From an uncultured Polynucleobacter sp. (GTDB taxonomy: Bacteria; Bdellovibrionota_B; Oligoflexia; Oligoflexales; RGVZ01), in the NCBI GenBank assembly GCA_964402975.1, contig CAYOEM010000002.1, positions 156,729 to 220,728 on the forward strand: a DNA stretch of 64,000 bases, given 5' to 3'. The notes beneath the pieces were generated by a model that did not search any database, had not been told where the DNA came from, and saw only the letters and a program-made list of their open reading frames with translations. Positions 38,401-42,148 of the stretch are shown piece after piece (position 1 is the first letter of the stretch; every line of letters starts with the position of its first letter). Position numbers and translations under genes: made by a program.

Positions 38401-40165
38401 GAGTTTGAACGACTGGCCCAGGATTAATCAACAACGGAACGGACTCGATATCGAGGTTTAAAACACCAGCAGTCGTTGTCGCTTCATCGACTGAAATTCT
38501 AGGCCATTGCGTGCTATCAGTCGCCGGTGGAACTTTTGTGACAACAAAGCCTTCCGTGGTGTTCTCTACCTCGGACGTCCTACCGATACCATTTGTAAAT
38601 GTGATTTTTTTATCACCAGTGTGGTCTAAAGTTGCGACTTTTGAAGCAGTCTTGACTAGTCCGGTTAGAGGAGAAACCACCACGTCAGTCAAAGGCGACA
38701 GCGAAAGCTTCATGGCGATCTGATCGTTGAATTGATAACAAAAGTTGCCGTACCGATCACGCAGCTCCATGACAGCAGGAAACGGCACCGTGGCTCGCTG
38801 TCTCGTATTGGTGATTTTAAGCTTCTTTGGCTTACCTGGTGTCACCAGGTACTTAATGTACATGTAAATCGGCTTGCCTTTGACACTAACCTTGATGGTG
38901 TCACCTTGCGAAGTAGGATCACTGGCTTTTAATGGATAAAGGGTCTGCTTGCCCGTGGTCACGATCGAACTTGCAATACGTCCAGCCTCGGCGAGAGGTC
39001 CTGTGATTTCACTCCACACGGTGTCGGGTGATTCCACCCAGTTGCCGCCCGCGTCAATTAGCATAGGATAAAGCTCTTTCTTGTCATCGTCAGCGGACAT
39101 AATAATGCATGGCTTATTCAAGAGATCAGAGTCAGCACAGGCGTTTTGAATGTTTCTTGTATCCGGCGACAAAGCCACAATTAACTGACTCGCCTGCCCC
39201 GTAATGACGGGTATTGAAAAGGAGGCCGGCTTTACTGGGAATTTAGGATCAGATGGTCTCGCCGAGAAACTCAACGTCGTTGGCTTCAGAACGCGGAACG
39301 GCCCGCCGGGGACAATACACTGCGAGTTACGAAACTCACAACGCTTTGATCCCGTCGGAACCACTACCGTAGATCCGTCGGGAGTATCTTGTAACCCTTC
39401 AGTGACGAAATCAAACATAAAGCCTTTACCTGGAGCCGTGTTTGGGATTCCAGGGGCATAAATCGCGAGGTTGAATGGAACACCAGCTTGGATGACTTGT
39501 CGACCATCGTTATCAAATAATAGTGGGACAACAATAAACGCAGACTGTATGGGATCAATGCCGCTATTTGCAAAATCATCGTTAGATGTGATCTTGATCA
39601 AAACCATTTCGATCAGCTCTGATGCTGTCGAGTCTTGTGGTACTCGCATTGCAATCGCCATGACTCCGCCCGGCGCGTTTGGCGTGGTGAAACCGACCGT
39701 TGCTTCACCATTTTGGTTGGTGACTCTCGATGGACCACTCAGCATACCAGCGCAGACATCGCGCGTGAAACCAGCATCACAGGTGTTTCCGGCAATGCTT
39801 CCCTTGGAATTCATAACGAAATTGCCGTCAGACCACTTAGTAAGAATCTCAGCTTTCATCGCTTCAGTTGACACACCGCCATTAAAGGCAGGGGTCACGT
39901 CGAACGCCTTAAACTCCACGTTAATATTGGGGACGGGTGAACCTTCTTTAGTTGTTACGACGAATTTGATTGGATCCAAAATAGTCTGGTTGGGTGGATA
40001 CATGTTCTTCACGGCCTCTGGAACCGCTCTCCAATTGCTTGCCGAGGCGCGAACACCGGCGGCATTCTTGGTGCCTTTGGTACAAGACGTCATTAAAGTC
40101 ACGCTCAGCAAACTGCAAGTCAGTGCTGCTGCGAACCTTATACCAACATCTCGAATCCTTTTCAT
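17441..40165 (-). CDS. Giant (7,574-aa) surface/envelope lipoprotein built of bacterial Ig-like modules (adhesin-like)
   Basis: A single uninterrupted 22,725-nt ORF; every overlapping ORF in other frames is 244 aa or shorter. MKRIRDVGIRFAAALTCSLLSVTLMTSC is a signal peptide with lipobox (Cys28 at 40082-40084). The body is a chain of ~90-110-aa modules with the recurrent D-x-(Y/F/W)-G-N motif of Big/invasin-type domains (RDRYGNFC, YDEFGNPSG, ARDVYGNDI, LFDPWGNYKG...). Confidence 0.9.
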   Translation of the reverse strand: MKRIRDVGIRFAAALTCSLLSVTLMTSCTKGTKNAAGVRASASNWRAVPEAVKNMYPPNQTILDPIKFVVTTKEGSPVPNINVEFKAFDVTPAFNGGVSTEAMKAEILTKWSDGNFVMNSKGSIAGNTCDAGFTRDVCAGMLSGPSRVTNQNGEATVGFTTPNAPGGVMAIAMRVPQDSTASELIEMVLIKITSNDDFANSGIDPIQSAFIVVPLLFDNDGRQVIQAGVPFNLAIYAPGIPNTAPGKGFMFDFVTEGLQDTPDGSTVVVPTGSKRCEFRNSQCIVPGGPFRVLKPTTLSFSARPSDPKFPVKPASFSIPVITGQASQLIVALSPDTRNIQNACADSDLLNKPCIIMSADDDKKELYPMLIDAGGNWVESPDTVWSEITGPLAEAGRIASSIVTTGKQTLYPLKASDPTSQGDTIKVSVKGKPIYMYIKYLVTPGKPKKLKITNTRQRATVPFPAVMELRDRYGNFCYQFNDQIAMKLSLSPLTDVVVSPLTGLVKTASKVATLDHTGDKKITFTNGIGRTSEVENTTEGFVVTKVPPATDSTQWPRISVDEATTTAGVLNLDIESVPLLINPGPVVQTLWRDTAGGAGLSWNEKELDPVTGYSVASDQQYSFYLAGYDAAANFVSDFSDAKFWGVAYTLDDKDPTLASAFKAATDRLFTRDPSAYGSFESCPRPQPKTPYAGRPKTGLPPDDQAKEDATYGVATNQPEGNNVFCGIHLGLNNRGGVSSVTFNSKGIPGTGRILAIPNGMYGVDGGQIDLSSVKIRPALSPRLSLVAGAATRFAFEFISADSNVAPGTVIYRVGSDDPVPTGHKFKIRIHAQDSDGTDSPSYKGIKTLQVRFTGEKSWGGIAPVLPSGDFDCEFGKEFAGVCEVPGTYTLADARTSALLAVKQTTEGGIQGTFAKIIGTKVGSEQRLFFANQKGGPAAGAVIESSLQYPLGRTIKADKELPLAVAVTDAGGSYIRDAVAGDGLVYDGFRSDDGIFKMPTDAPDVPPVFVPQTGAWRNSTAWNTSYNLYDVFTADNSNPQNPTPAKFYNPDYAGTPQQITDPKFTDVNKYTTVFVPQNRFGKGFAVPRSTTNPQLIGWPSSWWTVTPGDPEHIETKLVRSGAPDASWTKPGFESATAEQKTNWVSTSDTCYDVVITIHDKKHNQLANYTGVVPNVVFKMINTTPDKPNGVDDLQAGIFAENYRNRSVSYSYYQPHNQVFVTGPFRDGFYLLGMTANDGGLFNYSKSPSVPMEPSLNDWLMTTVTVTTGVITTGVKACLYNGQTEANRESAVPYLEKFIQVDMPSFTPVDGKDPFPAFQSRGAGITFTGADNKLTGSSASPHTHGDKLTVFRSTAHHLHPTFDDSVTESQWGPLYGDVSPVIGVSDRCYAYKCGKTQIYWHEHDVAHNFIRPARTDGFETSSNLLSGAKRGADGPMGSPSSVIFDVGDSRQIPQTQNGKAFGLMARNNFINLLFTDGWFAPPDYRYGVNITLMAGPPKTMEVSRLGTSSLTTDAPFGLRIALYDEFGNPSGAQSFSRGYQDKNGAFGIDRTLEVRFDQQPSNGPTSGNPRLMGRSGADLANASNPVSRLVQPGPFTDFLARDFAASNDADNILLVKANESRNLLLTLKDSKVIPWCAADALNCCFESASICESKKNSPRSISATFPVNAQPGLAAGTVLTFGTGPAAIRYPAQGSADPLTAYNAIFNTNPTAGATYPLGVSLTRTFKTNACATDQYGNIGECDTNAQFYVDGATNPSPLDALSSMLNVSFFNWRATKPGTFALKAVKNGFTAITAPISVASQPLNAFSFENVTTTQDVPAGSEFQVKVCMIDEAKNVITTKVFNDQGQVVTDPEATLPVGFSLFGLIANPEGKTLQLSTGSGTDFEAKKIDLAGASVKFTQGCTNLYAQIYAKGSYNSLPLLTMTYLDPMQSNKPFSGSGITVNSVVPGNFDHYGTKIAGAPVLAGASVVPALSNPNGPGVNVKATTTGGNRFDLTVYARDVYGNDIAYNSNFTIGLQLQGTQTPSSLQLTCAAPQNDNVCLARSMAGAPVTVANLAMDIPGSYFVFAKNSDQSGISLENSAMLTATASLKTIKEYGVDAPAIYDPYWPQSVTVSALDNKGNPISGIQDLLNSPSLNFTWIDESGQPLSTHLPPYGISSNPRYNSACVPGFDRPVFDATGVARFGVGFSFWSLTKKEVLKLNIRDSQAPSVSSNNVRSTDRKQSPVSYDVTCTKVSDGSDCTGTAANPVVMDASPENRFNLTVTTVDSCGNKAVGSSNIEVRGGVAGTFEAFSSPNITYGPNAVPTFIMGGSDQRTFNDIFSRSLGNAAYEIFDPGDSTGTRNRTKTYHTYRATLATVCGYSFENVSPTTPKVGEAVTFKLRANDCGTGPRPVLSGIDSLLNGQTYTWVGGSVGPNNQAPSYPPSTNLGFVNGITGPLSVTFTKAEQILDFYVIDNFVKGPSGVIAINGQVGQDPSGKRRSSKGGMTNPVTVIEGLPSKFVLSAPSTTVKAGSPFNVTVTAFDKNNNLVTNFGSDTLTFSWSGASPSVTNPVTAAIKPAEVLAPGSRTFDVGTASFTTTGSPFTLYRSNANALAPQEQPVLTVTSSRTGAQTETGQPLTASLTFTVQPSDTIAYAKVADASTFDATSDFTGKGLTMSNDQTKVFFGHLFDPWGNYKGTSPQIAWSGSSVLDGKLAPTPSLTTTLSPTTAGAGVITASCADVAPGCVSGSTGTISVDASPLKSFGVTQVSPAEGANVTAGDEVALKVCMLDRNQQVITNPVVVGGVTVTDPNGTLTGLGITSSVHILKNAEEKTQAVSLGSGAQFNPLVFGSNSLTFTNGCVNLYARVYAAGTYGLSKPLVSFAYTDTRQNNLAIGGSGLKLGTVAPAALDHYNTSITESSLDVNNASTGRVPAWSNPGSTNSYASAGGNRFGIDVRAIDAFGNLVPVTKSVTLGLVKRSDMSALSNQRLKCSAPNNNQACLSINLSNTATATVPWVGIDIPGEFFISATDGSKSWSTTNSQSFTAVPSAKTVKNYALTAPASAVAGQDTPIRIEARDAADQVITGADTELRGLTFGWQDGSAVALTTGHISPALTAPIVPSSLQFNAGVANVNITLTKAESGLQINVKDNQTTSIASNNTTLTTVSPGSSLYYAITCAKVTGGADCTGISASNAASMWASPSDMFNLQLKAFDQYQNPKSDGATSPAIKLTWESGNDALNTGVLEQVPLQNALDADKQVVVPMSGQPQRQVSNLFHRAGAHVLSMSVDPISANYVGMSQKTFHSYQAHIDMVTFYDFSPNLNSWTSPLVAGAQQNFTLRAFDQAGNVAKGIDTQLNAQRYLWRGPTAAPNGDAPVLPGPMTGTGGILSFSGGQVTGLSANFKNAETIADFHMVDNYTPGPSGVGGRGPSGVRRSVSSTNALTVINATPTEYVLSTVSTTVQAGAKFDVQVLVRDQFQNPAKTWTSDFLTFTWDSGGSSTPSNPSTGGRSADVSPAGLRTFAADTATVQTADQRFVLYKAPEPSVLKVTGLTPRATAQPVLSGTLAFTPTVSTTPGYVKIASSATFDGTTSLSGVGFSMATNDSRTLYAHLFDPFGNYSGNTSPVSWSGTDKLANKMTPTSAAVTTLTATEVGTGFVTASCTALNANCKQDTTGIVSVGASPLKSFVIEHTGTGILAEGGTVPAGTEIPMRVCMVDGAGQRITQDVYVNGVLRTQAGTVGTPVSLPLTFSDLNVKSVGQLTIDYSTGTGASYTANRFTSGAVNLPFIQGCAAFNAKLFATNTYNSAALLNITHTATLQGGITVLGTGLKVQAVTPLGLDHFRPIVMNAASTPQANSVPAWGIPGPNVYAKDGGSKFDVRVFAEDLYGNSVTVSGQSITLSTYAADRVNPRTRTLICPGKTYGDTSCLTQTLTGSDITFSNLAIDVGGFTFYPYASSGGIGSVLDVVNSAAYAVSSEKTVAQYVVTAPSSVPAGSEFTVGIVAKDATGANVQGADAALSGLSFSWLDGATPTKLALSTHTAPGGQAPAGVSPGALSFSGGSASRKITLTKVETGLKINVADNQSTSVTSNTSSTTDVGVGGQTWYELTCSRASDSSDCTGTSGSPVAMTGSAADKYSLTIKVYDQYKNPKTITANPQLQVTRVSGAAAVGRIEQHPLVLSESWPENNLVVPMSGVNQTTVPNLFRRSAAQTVSIGIAAVGATVDGLYSSVYHTYSPTIDSVAGYSISGFNDTTITAGFPYTVSIVARDNAGNPVTNIGAALNQQSYSWTGVGVAPNGQAPVLPGVPTGNTGPTYPATLTFSDSGTTGNMTLTFYKAEILIQQQFMFKDNYNGTAGNGGELGNPYRWTYTGGNRTVTHAKPSQYAVSSNSTTPAAGSGFDVTVTALDDYLNPATSWTADTLTFSWSGASNSITNPKTATVFSPGLPATNPVSATFTNGVFSTSGAPFKLYRSNLYSLTPQEVSTLSVSGSVTSGTKLGTALSKTLNFTTQPAAALSYVKIAKSDTFSDANNMSEQALTFSNNQTLNLYAHMFDAYGNYKGNSTSLAWSGSGALSANVSPTTGTFTTVTPAATGTGKIFATCSTSITGCIDDKTGDIGVKSAPLASFSIEHASSPLEGAAVTAGDEIPLKICMRDSKNQVITQTVVDGNNNTITNPDASLTLTFAAINITNTAEKIALDLSTLGGGSYSGAAAGARAVQFAAGCSNFFGKVYKAGTFGATLPLLSVTYSDPLQSGITIGGSGLKLASVAAKTLDHYVTAITGLSSSPQANSTQAWSAPGSTNTYANAGGNRFDVTVYARDIFGNPVTSTSQTVNLSLVQSDGTTAAGRSLICSATASPANGTTCLSPVITNSDSVTVSALAVDIGGQSFFVRATDANSKPFLASGFSTMMFAATSRKTVKEYLVTAPSTAVAGQDATVSVTAVDNSGATIIGADSDLNSLTFTWTDGTNLLSSHVAPDLTAPATSPAAGLGKLSARFNAGTATIRWAFTKAETGLTINLRDDQSPAVSSNNLSTTTVSAGTSLTYQLSCTKDTGGAIAVGDSCTGTSGSPASILASATDRFTMAIRPYDQYKNQRAGNATEVLQVDLIDGTAGGANKGWLEQTPSSLTKNANNDLIVDVSNSAGITVPGLFHRVGNHIVSYSIANQTTKWGLTYHTFAPSIDMVYSYSMSTIGGHVAGNAQPFTITARDRANNVARNIDTALRAQAFSWSGASASPAPTYPSTVANSINFSNGVSESLNVTFRKAETVSFAVQDNYSPPVSGIGGAGGSTRASSPQSIAVSNALASSFAITAPSSPQAGVGFAVTVRALDTFGNVVLNHPSESLAFTWTNASPSISNPKNASVFDPVATSRTSGTINNGSYTSGNDFFLYRTGESPVLRVTGGTSNLTTTATLTPVANTNHGYVRVTTDISYNAAQEVTTSQDVTTDANLTLYAHMFDGFGNWKGNTFSVSWTGSDQLSGKLTPSSGFTTVLRPTLQGFGTVTADCSGLPNVGGCTSFTSGQYTVKPGAIQKFVWLSSPATINQNTEACQKFTLQAQDNANNPVNVTAATGITFQSTGGFGEFYDSLANCQLAQAGGDGSSMNTGTFHTTPLAGSNGTRTAFIAKDANSVDVWYANRGVTAANGATISATLGSLTSSRTGQITAGPTKRFAITSSAFTVFAAGTGAETPNCAAITYKFQDKWQNDTPTTASSTVNLSSTSPIANGKFYSDATCQTPITSGQRTIASGAANDTVYYNDSQANSPTLTLGSTSTLSGNTVLAQQTISGTVNPGTFAVGTPASDSTVKDVINPGTGPLFSWGSSLGARDYTVTYGTTTACEVPTPIASATTATSANFPGNQNGTFYICVRANGYTGTAPGTPRRTASSDATYKLVVDNVAPTAAISVPASSVTYIGPVTPATHTATVNTSTTTVFQGTASDATSGVNRVDITLQRTSNSQYWTGSGWSTTETWLQATGTTSWKYEIADGSFVDGAAYTLRARVTDSSQNQSTLVSKAFTWKSSATSARINSGLPAANTYSNLTSLASPGVLIDDTNNPALVTHYAYAIVSGSTCPAAIGGYSAFRAVGTRITDTLPLTDGQYTLCVLGRDEAGNVQDVGSPTSRSWTKDTAAPTIAAMSQVTVNSAHAAAPNVSDNIDAVANMTYAWSYVSSPDGRCTGASFTAATAKDTSISATGCSTPSVPNTNWGTVTVRLTVTDRASNSSTSDLNIRWDQQAPYVASITSSVAANSNCRVGFCGATAQANIPISIVFTKDAGNFNRSSFNLTVSGSPTMNLNIRGTGNVTRTAALTPNTYNNNGSGSVTVAASYTITAGDASGTASGVILNADNATPFTNISSIVDNTGTTGTAASNAGVPTTGANALSNRSITIDTVAPTATAALANAAVGGYINDGEKSLTTDLVAAAVGAETLLSTDVPQYAVIPLATACDASVTGMSTTIPTPSSAGMASLAEGTYRVCMRIVDLAGNVGYSVSNNIIIDRTLPVFTSINVPVTAVNNTTVTTSDVGNTLNSSGADATTNPITYAVTKNTTCDGTITYGAMPKISNLNSDGIWYLCVRLEDIAGNVRFGQAASSINRQTVAAQLTAGTFQWTGDAANYFLNIDEKAQAGAILTAPTATRSAVLLSLPASSFTYATTSTTSTNCSDLTTWSSTMPNKTTFTASGTYKACVKITDETGNVSYAATSDSQNLVVDLAAPTLTFSLANAAVNGYVNADARSSTTQLAMATESSISADMVAGSKRYKVIASTTTCDNAAVGSSTQTTIPTPSSTDFSGQGTYKICMMAQDTAGNVGYVASGDIVLDTVLPTLGTLSLANAAVGGYINDSEKALTTALVSYSGGDGTNAVYQVTTTATTAANCSALAAGSYSSTVPTPNGNLASDATYRVCVRVQDAALNYSYAISSDIIRDTSLPTRTSGFDWINDASNFSSFFINAAEKTAANPILSVAVTSDGTIEYAIGTAATCAAMTGYSTTLVNMSNIGVDNTYRACVRMTDVAGNVNYYSPANTLVVDTVTPTLAFSTNPPGNRSRVGATDNTSFTIQPTTTDTAKYYYSVTAGNNSCAGQTYTAVANTSSVSINISGLADGTITLCTQAEDAAGNRQSAADATVSQWIKDTVAPAAMTITGPASQVSTSTPTVTWTTPAWVTASDNHTIELYIATNSTCTVGNRLQSYASIAGVANTTQTQALTALNDGLYYICMYVSDQATNKSGMITSSFEVETDIVHFSYTNSNSVMYARYQNLAWTSETVAANASGITYDDRTSLQLDESGDPFVSFKVNDGTNTALKYRYRSSANNWSTETTVQTLANTSSMDTGSFNEIAINALPTIVTSYIAGSGTSYGFYMSTGSGSRQIAGSSGQFTDAAVAIAPSTIFGLTALNGTLRIVNMGIASSTISSLPSGCTSVQKVSAVAKNDNTISVAIVCSLATSCGVYYGDITYSAGSFSSPGAWSTVGTIKSSSCSGLADSERPSIMVDRQNSNAIGIAWESQVASQCVNPSTTCVNFWTNRSGSGVNTQVAGGSAAYSEQSLAFDSFGRAYVVYKDSNSFMLGTNNSGSWVTSSISNLGGGLSAIGHVGITGMRGRGTTSSGK
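18560..22580 (-). repeat. Array of ~12 diverged ~105-aa modules inside the giant ORF (D-T-x-A-P-T ... Y-x-x-C-x-x-x-x-D-x-A-G-N)
   Basis: Module starts include VDNVAPTAA, DTAAPTIA, DTVAPTATA, DLAAPTLTF, DTVLPTLGT, DTSLPTRTS, DTVTPTLAF and DTVAPAAMT. Module ends include GQYTLCVLGRDEAGN, GTYRVCMRIVDLAGN, GIWYLCVRLEDIAGN, GTYKACVKITDETGN, GTYKICMMAQDTAGN, ATYRVCVRVQDAALN, NTYRACVRMTDVAGN, GTITLCTQAEDAAGN and GLYYICMYVSDQATN. Confidence 0.8.
23666..34774 (-). repeat. Four tandem ~2.8-kb (~906-938 aa) super-repeats inside the giant ORF
   Basis: Unit starts, marked by the (S/A/Q)-P-L-x-(S/A)-F motif, are at ~34774, 31963, 29197 and 26383; the array ends at ~23666. Anchor motifs: KVCMID (~34689), KVCMLD (~31875), RVCMVD (~29100), KICMRD (~26292). 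The same order of 8-9 sub-domains recurs in each unit. Units are diverged (roughly 40-50% aa identity by eye). Confidence 0.85.
33322..33330 (-). repeat. Homopolymeric G9 tract (C9 on + strand) within the giant ORF
   Basis: The plus strand reads gcaaCCCCCCCCCttac. The coding strand reads gta AGG GGG GGG Gtt, encoding V-R-G-G-V at about codon 2279. It is the longest G/C homopolymer I saw in the window. Confidence 0.9.
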
Positions 40166-40460
40166 AAACGCCTCTCGCCAACTAAAAAATAGTCCTAAGA
40201 GCTGAAGATAGACTTCCGCTTCTAACTGCAGTCGGAGCGTTCTATGCGGGACTTTAGCCTAATGCCCTACCTAATGATTAAGTTCCTGAAATTAATGAGT
40301 AAAGATCGCAAGCGAGCGGCACTCATCAAGGCCTTTAGGCAAGACTCCACCGTTTGCTAGCAGCTGTGCTACAATTGACTGCAGAATCACCTGAATTCAT
40401 AAGACAAAGTCGCTGAACTCGGAGCCTCGGGCTCAGTTCAAAACTTGGAGACCGCGGAGT

Positions 40461-41081
40461 ATGAACAGTCAAAAGTCGTTGATAACACGCAAAAAAATAC
40501 TTCTTCTCATGGCGGTTTCGCTAGGTTGCAGCGCCTTGACGTCCTGTGGCACCGTAGCCATTCGAAGCTCGCCAGCCGATGCCGAGATTTCACTGATGCA
40601 GCCAGGGCGCGCCGACCCAAAGCCACTAGGGAAAACACCCTTTGAGGGAAAACTGGGTGATCTTGGATCTGCGGCAAACAGTGGGCCGATTATCTTGCAA
40701 ATTAAAAAACCCGGCTACATCACACAAAGCCTTTACGTGCCAAACGCTTCAGGCTCAAGAATTGAGTTCGACACAAATCTAAAGCCAGTCAACCCCGGAT
40801 CTTTTGCCGACATGAATAAAATTGTGAAACTCGTGCTTCAAGCTGAACGAGAAATCATGATGAAGCAAGTCGACGAAGCACTGAAAACCGCGTCCAACAT
40901 CAAAGCCATCAACGACAATATCGCCATGGCCTGGGAGATTGAGGGTGCCGCATACTTTGTGAAAGGTGATCTTGCGAAAGCAAAAGTAGCGTGGTTACGT
41001 TCACTTGAAATCGATCCAGAAAACCCCGAAACAACAAAAATGCTGAGCACGATTGATGAAAAACTCGGGACGAAAAAGTAA
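40461..41081 (+). CDS. Lipoprotein with PEGA-like domain and C-terminal TPR
   Basis: LLLMAVSLGCSALTSCGT is a signal peptide plus lipobox. VAIRSSPADAEISL...LGKTPF...ILQIKKPGYITQSLYV fits the PEGA pattern. AWEIEGAAYFVKGDLAKAKVAWLRSLEIDPENPE is a TPR-like repeat. Confidence 0.6.
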   Translation: MNSQKSLITRKKILLLMAVSLGCSALTSCGTVAIRSSPADAEISLMQPGRADPKPLGKTPFEGKLGDLGSAANSGPIILQIKKPGYITQSLYVPNASGSRIEFDTNLKPVNPGSFADMNKIVKLVLQAEREIMMKQVDEALKTASNIKAINDNIAMAWEIEGAAYFVKGDLAKAKVAWLRSLEIDPENPETTKMLSTIDEKLGTKK

Positions 41082-41100
41082 AAGAGGATAAATCTTGGCT

Positions 41101-41742
41101 ATGCGTAGTTTTATAAAGCCATGCGCAATGGCGCTTGGAATACTACTAATCGAGGCGGGTCGTGGAACTATTGCGATGGGCGCCGCGACGTTATCCAACG
41201 ATATCGACGACTCTAGCGGTTCATTCAGACTAGGTATGATCAACTTCACGAAAACAGATGGTCAGAAAACATATACTGGCGGAGCCTCCGTCTACAACTA
41301 CGAGTATTCACGATACCTTCGCCTCAATCAGGCCCTCATTTTTGGGTTCAGACAAGCCACTGACTCCGCTACCAAGCGTGACGCCTATCACTCTGCCTAC
41401 GGAGGCTACAGGTTTTTTCCCATGGGAGTAGGGCTACCGATTTTATCTACGACTGGTGACGCCACCATATCAATCGACTCTCGATTCAAACCCTATGCTG
41501 AAGCATCTTTGGGATTAGGGCATATCTTGTTTGAACCCATCGCTCAGGGTGCCGGTGACTTCTCGTCTAACGCGATGGGAATAGCGTTTGGCGGCGGGTT
41601 GATGATGCATTTTTTCAGCCGCTGGGCGGTTGATTTTCAGATCATGTACGAAATGGTGCAGTCACGGGGAGGTACTAGCAACAGCTTGGCCGTGTCTGGA
41701 AATAATATTTACATCTTGCTTGGCAACGGCATGACGTTTTAG
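41101..41742 (+). CDS. Putative outer-membrane beta-barrel protein
   Basis: It shows alternating hydrophobic beta-strand patterns and aromatic girdle residues. The C-terminus ...YILLGNGMTF ends in Phe, the OMP signature. I took the start at ATG 41101; the track ORF starts at 41095. Confidence 0.5.
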   Translation: MRSFIKPCAMALGILLIEAGRGTIAMGAATLSNDIDDSSGSFRLGMINFTKTDGQKTYTGGASVYNYEYSRYLRLNQALIFGFRQATDSATKRDAYHSAYGGYRFFPMGVGLPILSTTGDATISIDSRFKPYAEASLGLGHILFEPIAQGAGDFSSNAMGIAFGGGLMMHFFSRWAVDFQIMYEMVQSRGGTSNSLAVSGNNIYILLGNGMTF

Positions 41743-41743
41743 A

Positions 41744-42145
41744 TCACTGCCTTCGACTCACCGTAAGTCTCTCTTTGCGCCAGCTAACAACCACGTTTTC
41801 ACCCCAGTCGGTTGTAAATTTCTGAGGCTGAAGTCCTTTGGCAAGTTTTGGGTCCGATGGTCGGCAACTCCATGAGCCAGGCAACATTCCCATGCCGTCT
41901 GCATAGAAGCTGACATCCCACGTGTACTTGTAGACCGCACCTGGCTTGATCACATCAGTTTCCATAGTGATCGGCTTACCAGCCCAAGCCACAGATCTCT
42001 CAAGAACGCAGGTAAGTTTTACGGATGCTCTATCGAGATTTTTAAAGGTCCATACCGTTGGATTGTTACAACAACGGTCGGCAAATGCAGAGTGCGCCCT
42101 CAAACACATAAAAGCGGCGAACAGGCCATACCTCACAAAACTCAC
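41744..42145 (-). CDS. Small hypothetical secreted protein
   Basis: 133 aa. MSFVRYGLFAAFMCLRAHSAFA is a signal peptide. The mature part starts DRCCNNP and contains Trp-rich beta motifs. It starts 3 nt after the fabH stop, so it is probably co-transcribed. Confidence 0.55.
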   Translation of the reverse strand: MSFVRYGLFAAFMCLRAHSAFADRCCNNPTVWTFKNLDRASVKLTCVLERSVAWAGKPITMETDVIKPGAVYKYTWDVSFYADGMGMLPGSWSCRPSDPKLAKGLQPQKFTTDWGENVVVSWRKERLTVSRRQ

Positions 42146-42148
42146 GGC

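Noticed and set aside
17441-40165. The giant protein as an RTX/T1SS-secreted adhesin using the nearby TolC-like and MFP genes.
   Set aside because: There are no GGxGxD nonapeptide repeats and no C-terminal T1SS-like signal. The N-terminus is a lipoprotein signal peptide. The TolC/MFP genes 14 kb away are translationally coupled to an HME-RND pump, not to an ABC exporter.
17967-40205. Dozens of 60-244-aa ORFs in other frames and on the plus strand across the giant gene (e.g. 39471..40205, 36836..37321, 34631..35092, 32424..32822, 26175..26573).
   Set aside because: All are nested in or antisense to a 22.7-kb ORF that has a coherent domain and repeat structure. Their products are low-complexity or Arg/Ser/Pro-rich, with no motifs and no RBS-supported starts. 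They are the expected by-products of a long, compositionally biased ORF.
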